DNA of 64,000 nucleotides. Origin: Lama glama (taxonomy: Eukaryota). The notes beneath the pieces are model-generated. The model saw only the letters and a program-made list of their open reading frames with translations, did not search any database and was not told the DNA's origin. This document shows, one piece after another, positions 39,001 through 52,039 of the stretch. The stretch covers positions 12,898,001 to 12,962,000 of the forward strand of contig CM052832.1 of NCBI GenBank assembly GCA_028534125.1, read 5' to 3'. The translations under genes were made by a program, and so were the position numbers. Position 1 is the first letter of the stretch, and every line of letters starts with the position of its first letter.

Positions 39001-40032
39001 CAGGAAGGTAAATAACTTGCTTAAGGTCCACAGGTAAGAGAGGCACAAGCCCTAGTGCATGGAACATACTGATTAAGAAATAGACAATGTATAGGGTAGC
39101 TCTTTGTGTGTTACAGGTCACACTCAGAGCACAGAGGGCCATGAGCCAGATTAAATAAAATCAGGAAGCAAGGTAATGAATGGAAAGACAATAGAGTCAG
39201 TGGATAATTTCCTTCAATATTGTGCCCAAGTGAAATGAATGGAGATTGGAACAATGTTAAAAGTTAACAGTGTGAATGAGTGGTGACTAGGGGGAATGGC
39301 TGCTGAAAATGAGAGGTTCTGGAAGCTAAGCATCTGGGATAAGGGTTAGCTTTAGGGTGAAGGGAAGTTATACTCTATGGCAGTGAGACAGGAATCTCTT
39401 GTGTCTTGCAGTGGTATCAACTGATTCAGTCAAGTGATCAATACACATTTGCTGAACAGCTACTATGTTCAAGGCACTGTACCACGGAGATATACAGAGA
39501 CCCAAGACATGGTCCTAGTTCCTGCTTATGAATCTTTTTATTCTGATAAGGCAAGATATATAAAATCATTATATAAGCAAGTTATATAGAATCAGAAGAT
39601 TGAGCTGGAAGGAAACTTGAAGATCTTCTCATCGAATCACTCTAGTGTTACAGATGACCAAACCCGAATCTCACACAGGCAGGGAGTGACTTGCTAAAGT
39701 TCCCATAGAATTTTTAAAGCAAGGATAGAAACCCAGACTTGATTACCACCCCAGGCTCTTTCTATTTACTTATACAGATATAATTAGTAATGAAAGGTAG
39801 TATTTTCCAAGTAGCAAATTAATGGTATAGGCAATGCCTCGCTTCTTACCATAATATGTTTACAATTAAATGCTAAAATTTTTTCTGGGGAATTTTCAGG
39901 TGCAAAGGGACTTTCCCAGTTGTCTCCTCAGCTGCTTTAGCATGAAAACAGAAAATGGCCCCTCCTGTGTGCTCTCCAAGCACCTGTGCCACCTCAATCA
40001 TACACGTCACATGTGATCTTGATATGTCTAGC

Positions 40033-40200
40033 CCAGTAGTTCTGAAAGTGTGTGGTCTCTGGACCAGCAGCACCTGGAAACTTGTTAGAAATGCAAATTC
40101 TTGGGCCAACTCCAGATCCACTGAATCAGAAACTCTGGGGGTGGGGCCCAGTGAGTGCCCTCCAGGTGACACTGATGTGCTTTTGAGCTCCAGAACCTCT
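40033..40200. mobile_element. MER5A-like transposon
   Basis: cacctggaaacttgttagaaatgcaaattc...gaatcagaaactctgggggtggggccc. Confidence 0.85.
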
Positions 40201-40406
40201 AAATGGCTCTCCAGAGACTGTGAGCTCCTTGAAGTCAGAGACCATATCCTCCATAGTTTTGGTTCTCCTAGCTTAGTACCAAGCCTTGAATGTAGTGGAT
40301 GTTCATAAATATTTCTGAAACAACTATAGGAGTAAACATGGTAAGGCAAAGCATCTTATTATCCAATTCTTTTCATGTAATTATTAGCACCTTTAGCTTC
40401 ACTTTA

Positions 40407-40800
40407 TGTTATGGGCTGACTAGTGTCCCCTTAACCTCAGAATTCATATGTTGACGTCACCCTGCCCTGTACCTTGGAATGTGAATTTGGAAATAGGCCC
40501 CTTAAAGAGATAATGAAGGTAAAACAGTCACGTGGGTGGGCTCTCATCCAATATGACTGGTGTACTTATAAGAAGAAAAGATGAGTACACAGAAGGGTTG
40601 CAAAGAGGAGGGAAGACCGTGTGAAGACAAAGAGAAGAGAGTTTTCTATAAGCCAAGAAGAGAGGCTTCAGAAGAAACCAACATTGGTGACACCTTGATC
40701 TCAGACTCCAAGTCTCTAGAATTGTGAGAAAAAATTAATTTCCATTGCTTAAGCCACCAGACTGTGGTACTTTGTTATGATAGCCCTAACAAACTAACAA
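40407..40800 (+). mobile_element. MaLR solo LTR (MLT1A/B-type)
   Basis: tgttatgggctga...tgtggtactttgttatgatagccctaacaaactaaca. Confidence 0.85.
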
Positions 40801-42778
40801 ATTTTGTAAAAAAATTTTATGAAAACACTGGCTTTGAAATCCAGGAACTCTCATCGGAGCCTATGAAAAGACAATTTTATTTTTAGATGACTCTATAACC
40901 ATCTTTAGATGTTAACCATTCAAATGTTTGTTTAAGAAATTACTCTTTCATGATCAATATGATCACAGATTTTGGAGTCAGGCAGAAATGGGTTTGAATC
41001 CTGAGTCAGCCACTTATAAGTTGTATAATCTTAACCTCTAAAGACTCAGTTTCCTTGCCTGTAATTTGGGGCTAATAATAGCTCCCTCCTAGACATAACT
41101 CAATAATTGGCAAGTGTATTGTAGGCACTCAGCATATGGTGACTTAAAAATGATAATTAACCAAATTATTCATGTTGGCCTTCTCTAAGAGATGGAATTA
41201 TAGCAAAATTTTACTGTAATGTTTAAATCAGTTCAACAAACATAGTGCTATGGTGACTTTTTAAAAGCCTGTATAAAATGATAGCTTAAGTATTTTCAGG
41301 AGAAATGAAGAGTCAAGGGGAATAAAAGAATAAGAATGCTAAGAATCCAGTAAAAAGATGCAACAACCAAGGATAGTTGGATTGTGTCAAACCAATGAGC
41401 AATTAGGCTGTATGAAGGTAGGAAATGCTGATTTTGCTTTGTGTCCCCAGAGCCTAATATGGCAACTGGCACTTACAACTTTTGGCTCAACAACTTTTGC
41501 TTGAATGAAAGAATGAATGGCCTTCTGCAAGGACAATTGCACAAATTATACAAAGATATTTCAACCCAAGTATATTTATACTGAACTGGTGGCTCTATAG
41601 CATTTTGATGTCATGGAATCAAAACTTTAATTTTAACCTGGGAATTCCACTTTGGGGAAATAACCTGAGAAAATAACCCCAAAGGGGAAAAAAGTGTTTT
41701 TTTCCCCCATGTCTAGAATTGTAGTAATAATCAAAATAGAGAAGTACTGGAATAGTGTTCAGAGCCTTTCCAGCTCACTCTACATCTCCCCTCTCTTGCC
41801 TTTTGACTGGGTCCTCCCAAACTGTTCTGACCATTTTCACAGCTCCTCACCTGAGTGGCCCTGTACCCCATACTTCTGACCCTTTGAGATCAGTTTCCCT
41901 CATTAAAACGTGTTTGTCTCGTGCCTGCTTATCTTTGGGACTCTACTCAACCAGCTAATCTGATAAATTAATTTAAACCGAAGTACTAATGAATGATAAT
42001 GGCTGAATGTGAGTCCACTCCTGGATAACAATTGCATTTCAGCAGCATCTTACTTTGAAAAATAAGTAATACATTTCAGGCATGTGTCCAGGCCATTGGG
42101 GGAAGATATTTTAAGCAGGGGGATTTCCTCAGCCCCCTCAAATTACATCATGTAGACAGCTGCCTATCCCACATGATCTGGCCAACTCCTTGGCATCTAG
42201 TTATCGGTGCTCAGAGGACACTAGAGGAAACAGGTCTGTTCCTCTTCTTAACAGAGCTTGGAAACAGTGACTGGACTATTTATGTCACTTAAAGGAAAAG
42301 GGCATTTACCCTGGAACCTACCCAGAAGGCACACATTTCCTGGGCTTAGAGGTAGACTCTTCTCTACCTAATCTCTGGGGATGGCTGAGTGACTGGGGTC
42401 TACATTAAACAGAACGAGTGAGCTCAGACATGGAAACACTGAGAAAGGACGACAGCATGGAGTTAAGCTTCACAGGTGAAGAGATCCTAGACATTCATGG
42501 GAATTTACATGGGCACACACATGAGAAAACACTGAACTCGATGATAAAAAGAGCTACCTTTTACAGGTGTTAACTATATTAACTATGGTAAAGTATTTAT
42601 ATATTCTAAAAAAATTAACCCTCTGATATTGATGAAAATATGGGTCTTTGTCCCCATTTCCAATAAAGAAATCGAGGCAAAGATAGGCTAAGTGACTGTC
42701 CCATAGTCAAATGGCAAATCTGGGATTTGAAGCCAAGCTTTTGAAATCACGGTTGTAGTAAATGCTTAATAGCCTTTT

Positions 42779-42897
42779 TTGGGGGGGGCGGTAATTTGGT
42801 TTAATTGCTTATTTTTTGAGGAGGTACTGGGGATTGAATCCAGGACCTTATGCATGCTAGGCCTGCGCTCGACCACTTGAGCTGTACCCTTCCCCTG
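42779..42897 (-). mobile_element. Camelid SINE (Vic-1-like)
   Basis: Perfect 17-bp TSD atgcttaatagcctttt at 42762-42778 and 42898-42914. Confidence 0.92.
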
Positions 42898-43434
42898 ATG
42901 CTTAATAGCCTTTTATATTTCAGAATCAAGAATCTTAAAGCTGAGGATCCTAGAACATCATTGTTGATAATCTAGACTCTGATTACTGCTACTAAAACAG
43001 ACTTTGCTGCCTCAAGAGCAAGCCTGTTTCATACAACTATGCTGATTTGGAAGCTTTTAAAAGTTAAATTAAAATCTGTTTCTCTGTAACTTCCCTTCAT
43101 TTGATATTAATCCCTGCACTCTTGAAGAACTCCAAACAAAGCTACTTCTCTCCATGAAGCCATTCTGGTATGGAGGTGGAGATCGTACACTCCCCTTCAC
43201 CTTCGTGGTAGTCTCAATCCCAGATCTCACTTGGTACAGATCAACTGTTGAACTGTTTGACACTTCAGTAACACAGAAAAGCTCCAAAGTGCCACCTATA
43301 TCTTTCAGAAATCTTGAGTATGAATTTGGGGAATAGATTTGATCCAGTTACTTACACAGGTGCCTGTGAAACATCACCTTGGTAAGCCATACACCTCTTC
43401 CATAAAAGCATGGAATTGATCTAATACAGCAAAT

Positions 43435-43582
43435 AATAGATAACATTTATTGAAGCCCTTTCTATGTGACAAGAACAGTGCTAAGTGCCTTATATAACAC
43501 TTCCCCTGGGACTACTCCGTGAGGCAGGTACTGACGTTATCCGAGTTTTACAGATGAGGAAACTAAGGCCCAGCTATTCTGA
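43435..43582 (-). mobile_element. MIR SINE in a predicted intron
   Basis: ttttacagatgaggaaactaaggccca. Confidence 0.8.
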
Positions 43583-45155
43583 GGTCTTCTGCTCCTAACT
43601 GCATGTCTTCCTTTCCATATGAGTGTGAGGGAGGGTGAGGGCAGGATAGAACTTGCTGTCCCCAGAGTGAGACTTGCATTTTCCCATCTTTCTATGCTTA
43701 GTCGTTGCTTCTCCTTTTTGGTCCATGTCTTCACAACCATTTAATGAGCACCTCTCACACAGTTCAACAATTGTTCTATAGTGATTACAGTTCGGGCAGA
43801 GTATGCAAAGAAAGCAAAGACACCCTCTAAATCTGACTTTCAGGGTCAAGGAAGGCTTCAGAGAGGAGGTAGCACCTGATACGGGTCTTGAAACATAAAT
43901 AGGAAGAGAGGAATCAACCAGTCAAGGACAGGATGGGGAAATTCAAATTTCAGCAAGAAGGAACAACATGTGTCAACACCCAAAAGCACAAATTTGCATG
44001 GACAGGAAAAACACATCATATCGTAGTAAGTAGGGTCCAAAAATTTTGTAAGTGTAAAATCAAGAGAAAGTTTGCATTATTGTGAGGTTAAAGAAAAATA
44101 GTTATTTTTCAGGTTGGATCTGTGCTGTCACAAAAAGCACACGAAGTAAGAATAGTGAAACTCATTATGTACACAACTGACCACTGACTGAAGTAAAGTT
44201 CAAAGGATCATGAGGCAGTCATTTCCCAGTCGTCCCCCACAACACCCCCTCCAAAGAGATCTGCAGTCTTTGAGAAAAGGGAAGGGTGCTAGGTAGAGGA
44301 TTGATGGTCAATTGTAGTTACCTCTGAAATTCACAGTATCACAGACTTTTACCTTGTTGCTGAGTATGGCCCCTGGGGTGAAAAAGGAATGGAGAGAAAT
44401 CCAATTGGACAGGTAACCCAATTGGACGTAGGTGATCATAAAGAGCTGTGTGTGCCATTCTGTCGAGTATGAATTTTATCTGAAGGGTGATAGGAAGCCA
44501 CGGAAGGATTTTGAACAGATCCAACTCAAGCGCCACCTTTTGTAAAGCATCACCTGGCCATCACACTTGGTGGGGAATTCCTTTACCTCAGATGGTTTGT
44601 ATTATTTGGTCTCAATCTCCCCGTAGATTCAATACCCTGTCATATATTTTGTCACACATATAGCACGTGCTCCAAAAATATTTGTTGTTTGAAGGAAAGA
44701 AGCAAAGAGAAAGGAATCATTTGGGTTCCTCTTATTTCACAATTCAATCCATCAGAATTGAGTTCACCATGTGGTTAAACCAATGAAGTTGTGTAGGGGT
44801 GAAACAAACTTTTTAATGTGTTTATAAATGTGAATGTGACTTATGCTATCATATTTATTCAAATGAAACCTGTACTTTTTTATTTGCCTAACTCTGATTG
44901 AACTCAAAAGTACTTGGGACTGTGGGGAACACAAAGCAAGCGTATTTGTTATAATGTTAACCAGGGATGGAACTGATTTATCAAGTTAATTATGTTTTGT
45001 AAAATAGGTGAATAGGTCATTTCTAGGGCTAATTCCACAGTTAAAATCTCAGTCAAAGCCCTTAAACCTCCCAATCTCCATACCTTATCCCAAGGAAAGG
45101 TGCTTAGATTCTACAGAAACCAAACCAAATTGTAGAATGACCCCCACCTCCAGGC

Positions 45156-45352
45156 CAGTGGTTCTCAAAGTGTGGTCCCTGACCCAGCAACAGCAGCATC
45201 TGGGAACTTGTTCCAAATGCAGAAATGCAAATTATCAGGCCCCACCCCCGCAAGCCTGCACAAGCAGAAATTCTGGGGATGGGGCCCAGCAAGAGTTTTA
45301 ACAAGCCCTCCAGATGATTCTGATGCAGGAAGCTCAGGTTTCAGAACCACTG
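45156..45352. mobile_element. MER5A-like transposon in a predicted intron
   Basis: cagtggttctcaaagtgtggtcc...agaaccactg TIRs. Confidence 0.88.
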
Positions 45353-45977
45353 CTTCCGGTTACTCTGGCTAGCTGCCCTTTGCCAGGGAACGGTGGAGAT
45401 GGGGAGTGCGGGAACCTATTCCCAGCTCTTCAGGCATCTTTATTATCTATTGGTTTCCCTTGCCATTACCCTCATACGGATGGAACATAAGGCCCATTAG
45501 ACAAAACATGAACCAGACCTGTTCCACAGAACTCTGAAGTCAGTTTTCCTTGGCTTTGCCTGTGGTCATTTTTTAATAAAATGATTGCTTCATGAGCCAC
45601 TCCAGTCTCTGAACTTTTCCCTTTTCTAGTAAAAGTACAAATTCCAGCTGGAGTTCTTGACTAACAACATCTTTCTACAGAAGTTGCTGCCTTCGATGCT
45701 TTGCTGAGTTCCAGAGATAAGATAAATAATTTACCAAATGTAGGTTTCTGATTACTCACTGTATTAGCATTTAGAGCAGAGAGCTCTGGCCCCTGGGGAG
45801 TTTGATTCGTTCAGATGCAGCCCATCTGCTTTTGTTTTTTTTGCAGGGAGTTTTTTTGGGGGTGGGGTTGCCTGGAAAAGCCAGGGAGCTCCCAGCATCC
45901 CACACATACTTTAGGGATGAACTGCCTAAATCTTATGGGTTTTACTGGAAATTCTGGGGAATGCTATTTTCTTATTT

Positions 45978-45980
<3 letters not shown>

Positions 45981-46015
<35 letters not shown>
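45981..46015. repeat. (AC)n microsatellite, about 17 units
   Basis: Perfect dinucleotide run. Confidence 0.97.
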
Positions 46016-46016
<1 letters not shown>

Positions 46017-48877
46017 CTGCTAAGACTCTTTCCTCCCCACTTCTCCCCTCCTTTTTTTATGCTGAGTAAAAACAAAACTTCACAATTCATTTTCAAATAC
46101 TATACAAAATAAGATAGCTGAAACGGTATTTTCATCTTGTGCAATTTATCCTAGATTCATGCTGCTCACTGCAAGAGTAATTTCAGGGAATTTTATAGAA
46201 GGGATTAAGTAGAGTTTCTCCTAAATCAAGTAAAACTGAGGGAAAAAAGGAACAGCCTAGTACATCAAAGCATCATTCTTTACTCACGATTTCTGAAGTA
46301 GAGTAGCAATATCAAATAGTGATGGATGCAATAGAAGTTTTGCATCTGTAGTTATTCCATGGACTCTTTCCTTCATGGTAAATACATGTCATTATTATTT
46401 TATACAAGTCTTAAGAGTAAACTGGAATAACAGAAGAAATCACAGCAAAAATAACTGATTCTGTGGATGGTCCATTACAGATGTAGAGGAGGAGCTTGAG
46501 AAATCCAAGAAGTGGTGTGTTGGATATATAATATATGTTCTTTTAATTCTTCCAGGATAACTTCATCAACAACTTACTTACCCCTTTTGAAAAGAAATAT
46601 TGAATTAAGTGTCTGGATGGTATAGTGGGTCTCATTTTGGTAATCCCTATGAAATAGAAATCGCATTTCATTTCCCAGGTTAGATCTTTGTGTTTTCATG
46701 GACTTTCTTAATGCAAAAGCAAGATTGCACATCCTACTTCCTATGGTGAGCACTTTGTGAATATTAAAACAATAACGAAAACTTCATCGGCTCTCAATAC
46801 CAAGTTGTATTGAAAATCCCTTGCAAGAAGTGAAAGTTGTTGGTCGCTCTGGGGAGGGCACCGAGCTGAGCAATCAGCTCAGATACAAAAACTGTATTAG
46901 AACAGGGGATATCCCTAAAAGGCTGAGAGAGGTAAGGTAAGGACACAGAAGGAATTCCTTGCACTTCACAGCCTTGGTTTGAAGCAATTAAAGAGTGAAA
47001 GGTGTAAAAATGCTACTTGCTACCTATTTTGTGTTTCTCTGGGAGATTAACCTACTTTCGTGGCTCATTTCCTTCTCCTTCATCAGTCGGTATAAAAGCT
47101 GTGGTAGCTGGCAGCCTCAGCTGACTCCATCCGCATCTATGATCCTAGTTCTGGGCCTCTCAGGAACACAGTCATTTACTTCTGTTTCCTTTGCTTTCTC
47201 CCCACAGCAGGTTAAAAAGGCTGCCCTGAGTTTAGATGCGTTCTCTCCCTTGTCATAAGAATCTGCTAAGCTAAGGATGCTGAGTTAATCGTCGGAGCGT
47301 GTGCTCCTTCTCTCTTTTCCTGTCTTCTGACAGATCCAAGATGCTGCAGCGGTAAATCTGAGAAAAGCGGCATTTAAGAACACACGCGTGTGCACACAAA
47401 CACACGCTCCACGAGGAGAACTCGCACCCAGCCACTCACTCTCCTCTTCAGCTTACCGTACGCTATGTTTTAAAAGGTTTCATGTTGCTCCTGCAACATT
47501 TTTTTTGGTTGGGTGGATGGCTGAATGAAACATAACCTTCCCTGCAGACATCAAAGCATGTCTCCAGCATAGCAAACTCTCCATCCAGCCTTTCGTCTCT
47601 CCGGCTACATTCCAATTTAACCAGGGCTGCCTTGCATGATAATCAGGCCTAATTACCGCTTCATCCCCTGATTGTTGTGCTGAGTTTTGGAACTGCAGAG
47701 TTCTGTTCTCAGTTTGGTCCTGCCGTCCCTTACTCTCCCCCTGTTCCTTAGCAGACCCATCTCAGATTTAGCCTTTATAATTAGCAAATAGGTGACAAGA
47801 GCAGGACTGTGCCTTTGGGATATCAGTGCTCCGTTCACTTAGTAAACCTGAATTCCTTTCACAACTGTGGGAAGACCTTGCCATGTCCAGGATATTCTGA
47901 ATACCACAGGAGCTTTAAGAGATTTATTACCAGGTTAAAGAGTAAAACAAAGGCCATGAGACAACATCCTCATGCCCCAGAGGTATTTTCCTACCCTCTC
48001 CCTTACCACACACACACAGACACAAAATCTTTTTTTTTTTTTTTAATGTTGAGACTAGAAGGAAAGGGATGTGAACCAGGACTTCTGGAAACTTTTTCTT
48101 GATTCTTTCACTGGGAAAGATGCATCTTGAAGCTGTAGTTTCTCCAACTGAATAAGGAATCACAGGCAAAGAACTGAAAAAATGAGAGGTCAGATAATCC
48201 CTGTTTATCTCCAGTTTAAACCTCCAGTTTATGTTTTACTTCAGAGTTCTTTTCAGTGTATTATTGTATTCACGTACTGAGTGTCTGCATGTGCTAAGCA
48301 CAGTATTAGGTACTGGGGATTCCAAGACTATCACACAACTCTTGTCCTTGGGGAGAATAAACTGAGCCTTAAAAGGCTGGAAGCAGGGAACGAAGATTGG
48401 GAAGATCTACATGCCAAAGTCTTTCCAATGTAATGTGAGTGAAATAGAATTGTCCTGGAGTTGATCATTGCTGAAGCCGGGTATTGAAAAATGATTTGTT
48501 ATTATTACTATTTTTTCTATCTTTTGTATGCTAAAATTTTTTTCCATAATAAAAAAATTTAATGTAATTTGGGGACCATAATCTGTAGATCTACCAGGAG
48601 GAAGCTAGCTGAAATGCAGAATCTCTGGTCCCACAGCAGTCCTACTCTGCATTTCTTGATGGAGTTCAGGATCTGCATCTTAAACAAGCTCTTCATGCAC
48701 ATCTGATGCTTACTGAAATTTGAGTTCCTTGGCAGGGGAGATAGTAAGTGCCAAGAGTGGAGGCATAAGAAAGGAGGAAAACTATTTATTAGAGAAGAAA
48801 AACTTCCTTGGAAACCACTTAATGAGTTCAGACAATTTCAGAACTAGAAAGAAGACCTTGGAGATCCTGAGTCTAGG

Positions 48878-49032
48878 CCACAGCATCTCAAACTGTAATG
48901 TGCACAGGGATCACCTGGGGTTCCTGTTCAAATGCAGTAGGTTTCAGGGTGGGGCCTGAAATCCTGCATTTCTAACTAGCTCCCAGGTGAAAACTTGCTG
49001 CCGGTCTGGGGACCACACTTTGATTAGCAAGG
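48878..49032. mobile_element. MER5A-like transposon (second remnant near 48590-48720)
   Basis: gggtggggcctgaaatcctgcatttctaac...ggggaccacactttga. Confidence 0.8.
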
Positions 49033-52000
49033 ATTAGTATTTTATAGAACAGGAAACTGAGCCTCAGAGAATAATACCTGCTCCGAGCTGCAGGCATCCC
49101 TTCATGGTGCTTCTATCTAGGGAGGCTGAACCCATGTAGGAGCCTGTTACCAGCTAGATATCGGAGCAGGCTGCTCTTACATGAGGACTGCAAACATGGG
49201 CCAGTCCTGGAGCTGAGCTACAGTACAGATTTCTCCTCAGCACCATAGGGATGAACTAAGGAGCTGCCATGTGGCTGTTCTGCCACAGTCTGTTATTTCT
49301 TATCCTTGTTACTGCATCTTCCAGGTCTGGCCTCTCAAATTCTTCTTGAAATTCCAGGAGACTTTCTGGGCAAAAATTAGATCTATTGAATGCATGACCC
49401 AATGCACTCACATTGGCCTGGCCATTCGCATATTTTTGGTCCAATACTAGAGCACTGAGCAAGTTAGCCAACTATCCTGTGATCCCGTGAATTGCAAAGA
49501 TGATATGGATCAATAATCTACTAAAGATACTCCCTGATATCAGGACTGGGGAGCACTCCTTGATATAGGAAATCCTTTTCCATACAGTGATTAGTAAATT
49601 CAAGGGACTGATTATCCCTGAGCTGGTACAGATTCAAAACAGCTTTACACCATCCCTAAAGGATGGATAAGATAGTTTTTCATCCTTAATGAAAGGGGAT
49701 GCTTGGGGGGTACTTCCTAACCTTTGAGGCTGAGGTCAGAGAAGCAGGCAGGCAGTGACAGAACTCTGGATGAGGCAAATAAAGAACTGACCCAGGGGGC
49801 ATGTTTTGTAAATGCTGATTTCCAGGTAGTGAGGAATGACAATAGGATATTTCAACTCAAGAAATGTATTAACAAAAATGTTAACAGAACTTCCCTCCCC
49901 AAGACAGACACGCACACACACCCACACACACACCCAATCTTTGCCTAGCCCCTCAAATAAAGCATATTTTCCTCTGGCCTCAAAACAATTTCTGTCACAA
50001 AGGAATGTCTCTGGATTAGAACAGTCTGTGATCTTTCCCAAAGACATGAGCATGTCTCCTTGAAACATCACATGTTACATTTATATCTTTTCCCCTGATC
50101 CAATGACACATTTTCCCTGAGCCCTCTTATCTCGAAATGCCTGAGAGGGCACAGATGAATGGTAGACAGAATCTCGTAGCCGTTGCAGTCCCAACTGGGG
50201 TGCAGTCTGAAAGCATTCCCTAGGATCCGAGTCCGGGGAAAAGTTAATTTTTGGTTCTGGGCCTGTGGACTTGGGCTTTTGTGCCAGTGAGAAGGATGTG
50301 GATGAGTAAACTCTTTGGAGGCCAGGGGTGGGGAGTGGGGTAGGGCCTCCCTGGAGCTTCGGGCCATTAGTAATCTGCTTTGTGAATGGAGTTAAAGGGG
50401 GAGGGGGTGCACATACTTGGAATTCCTTTATCTGGGTGGGCTCCTTCTCTACAGACTTTCAGGATGTGGGAAATGGAAGATGAAAGAAGCTGACTTTCCA
50501 GCCTATCAGGTTACAGTGTGTAAAATGGAGAGGGAGAGGGAGGAGGGAGGAGAGGGGAGAGGAGAAGGCCGCTTCCAGGGGGACCAGGGAAACCCAGTTT
50601 GGGAACTGGCCGGGGAGAGTGAGAAAGAAAGAGTGCAGATCACGTTTCCCATCACATCAGTGCTGTGGAATTTCCTCTCTTCTGGGGGGAGGCCTGTGAA
50701 GAGAAGTTGGTTTAAGGTTAGTCGGTGATGAATAATAGCCCAAAGGCGATTGATTGGGGGTGTTACTAAGTGACTGGTGTTTACCGGCAGAGATTTTGTG
50801 GTGGGGAAGGGAGGTGGGAGCCAGAGCCATCTTCAGTCTGAGTCGTTAACCAAATTCTGTGACCCGAGAATAGAGTCCATGTATGGATTTTATTTGTGTC
50901 TGACCCCTGTGGTATGCAGAGCCCTGAGCTGCAGGCTGCTAAGGGGAGCGAGAGGAATGGGACGGTGATTAGAAAAGGCGGGAGAACCTGGCGTGTGGGG
51001 CGGGATCCGGGGACCTGCGGGCACCCTGGCCATTCTGCTCTGTGTTCTAGGGAGTCCCTGGGCCACCTGGCAGGATCTGTTTCTGTTTGAATTAAGCCAC
51101 ATGCTCCACACCACTCAGCTGTCGTGGCCCTGCTCTCTGAGGACACTACCTTCCAAGAGATGCGTTTATTTTTAAAAATTCTACCCAGGGCAGTGTCCTT
51201 TCTTGCCTGTTACGAGCAAGAGAGCACCCACCTCAGAACCTGCACCCTGAGTGTGAAACTTGTTCGAGTAAGGGTAAGTGGTTTCTAAGAGGCCAGGGAC
51301 ACCCTCTTTTTAAGGGAAGAATAAAAATAGTATAAGACCATTGGGTCAAGTCTGGACCTAAAACAAAATCCTGTTCTAGCAGAGACAGGCATAAAGGGAA
51401 GGGGGTGGGAACAAGGAAGCAAGGAAAAGCATTTTTAGAGAAACGGAATACTTACTCAACCCTGATACCCACCATCATCAAGCAACGTATTGTTCTCATA
51501 GTATGATGGGTAGAAAGTTATTAGATGGCATATAAATCACCATATACTACAGCTGACAAAAATATTGTTTTGGAAAAATTAGAATGCAATAAAATACATT
51601 TGTCACAAACCATACCAAGCTTCATTTAATCTTTTTCCCTTTGTTTCAGAAAGCTGTTTTGCAGTCTCAGGGTCATCATTTTCGAACATCTATTAGTGCT
51701 ATACTGTAGTTGTGTGAGACGTTCAGTTAATAAAGATTTCTGGTTGATAGAGAGCTGGGGCGGACTTATGCACTCTCTTCTTTGAATGCTACTCAACTGT
51801 AACTACACTGAGTCCATTTTTTAAAATCATTTTACAATCCGTACAGTCACATTCTCCCTCTGCTTTCCAAACACCCTCCCCTCGACTGTTTTGCAAAAGA
51901 GAAATATGATACTATTTCCTTCTCTTTGCATTATCTGCTCTCAGCTACCTTTCCAACATGAGCCGTAGCCTTGAACTTGGCCAGACTCAATTTAGCTTCC

Positions 52001-52039
52001 TTAATTCCTGTTTCTTCATGAGGTCCACATTCGTTTTCT

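Larger units (their letters stand above)
43069..51885 (-). pseudogene. Candidate unprocessed pseudogene of unknown family, about 11 exons
   Basis: Candidate exons 51885-51456, 50140-49934, 49655-49181, 47541-47457, 46914-46801, 46646-46582, 46421-46288, 45792-45760, 45674-45519, 44919-44768, 43363-43231 (frame stays open to 43069); AG/GT ends, compatible phases, premature stops. Confidence 0.65.

Noticed and set aside
44572..44581. NF-kB consensus GGGGAATTCC (others near 41640 and 50666)
   Set aside because: Several such matches are expected by chance in 64 kb
44587..44636. Candidate exon GIESTGRLRPNNTNHL
   Set aside because: Lies in L2-like sequence and is not needed for phase continuity
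46801..46914. FVSELIAQL resembles KIT ligand WISEMVVQL
   Set aside because: Short match only; no signal peptide, cysteine pattern or size agreement
47657..47779. TATAAAG plus ATG AAG CG|gtaatt as a first exon on the - strand
   Set aside because: Its phase leads to a stop in the next exon and does not join the downstream chain; may be chance
49560..50140. C2-domain-like readings (GWCKAVLNLYQL; AFRDKRAQGKCVIG) in alternative frames
   Set aside because: Need an extra frameshift or a GC donor; cannot be supported without a profile search
51553..51615. GT-AG mini-intron
   Set aside because: Only 63 nt and open in frame; treated as part of one exon
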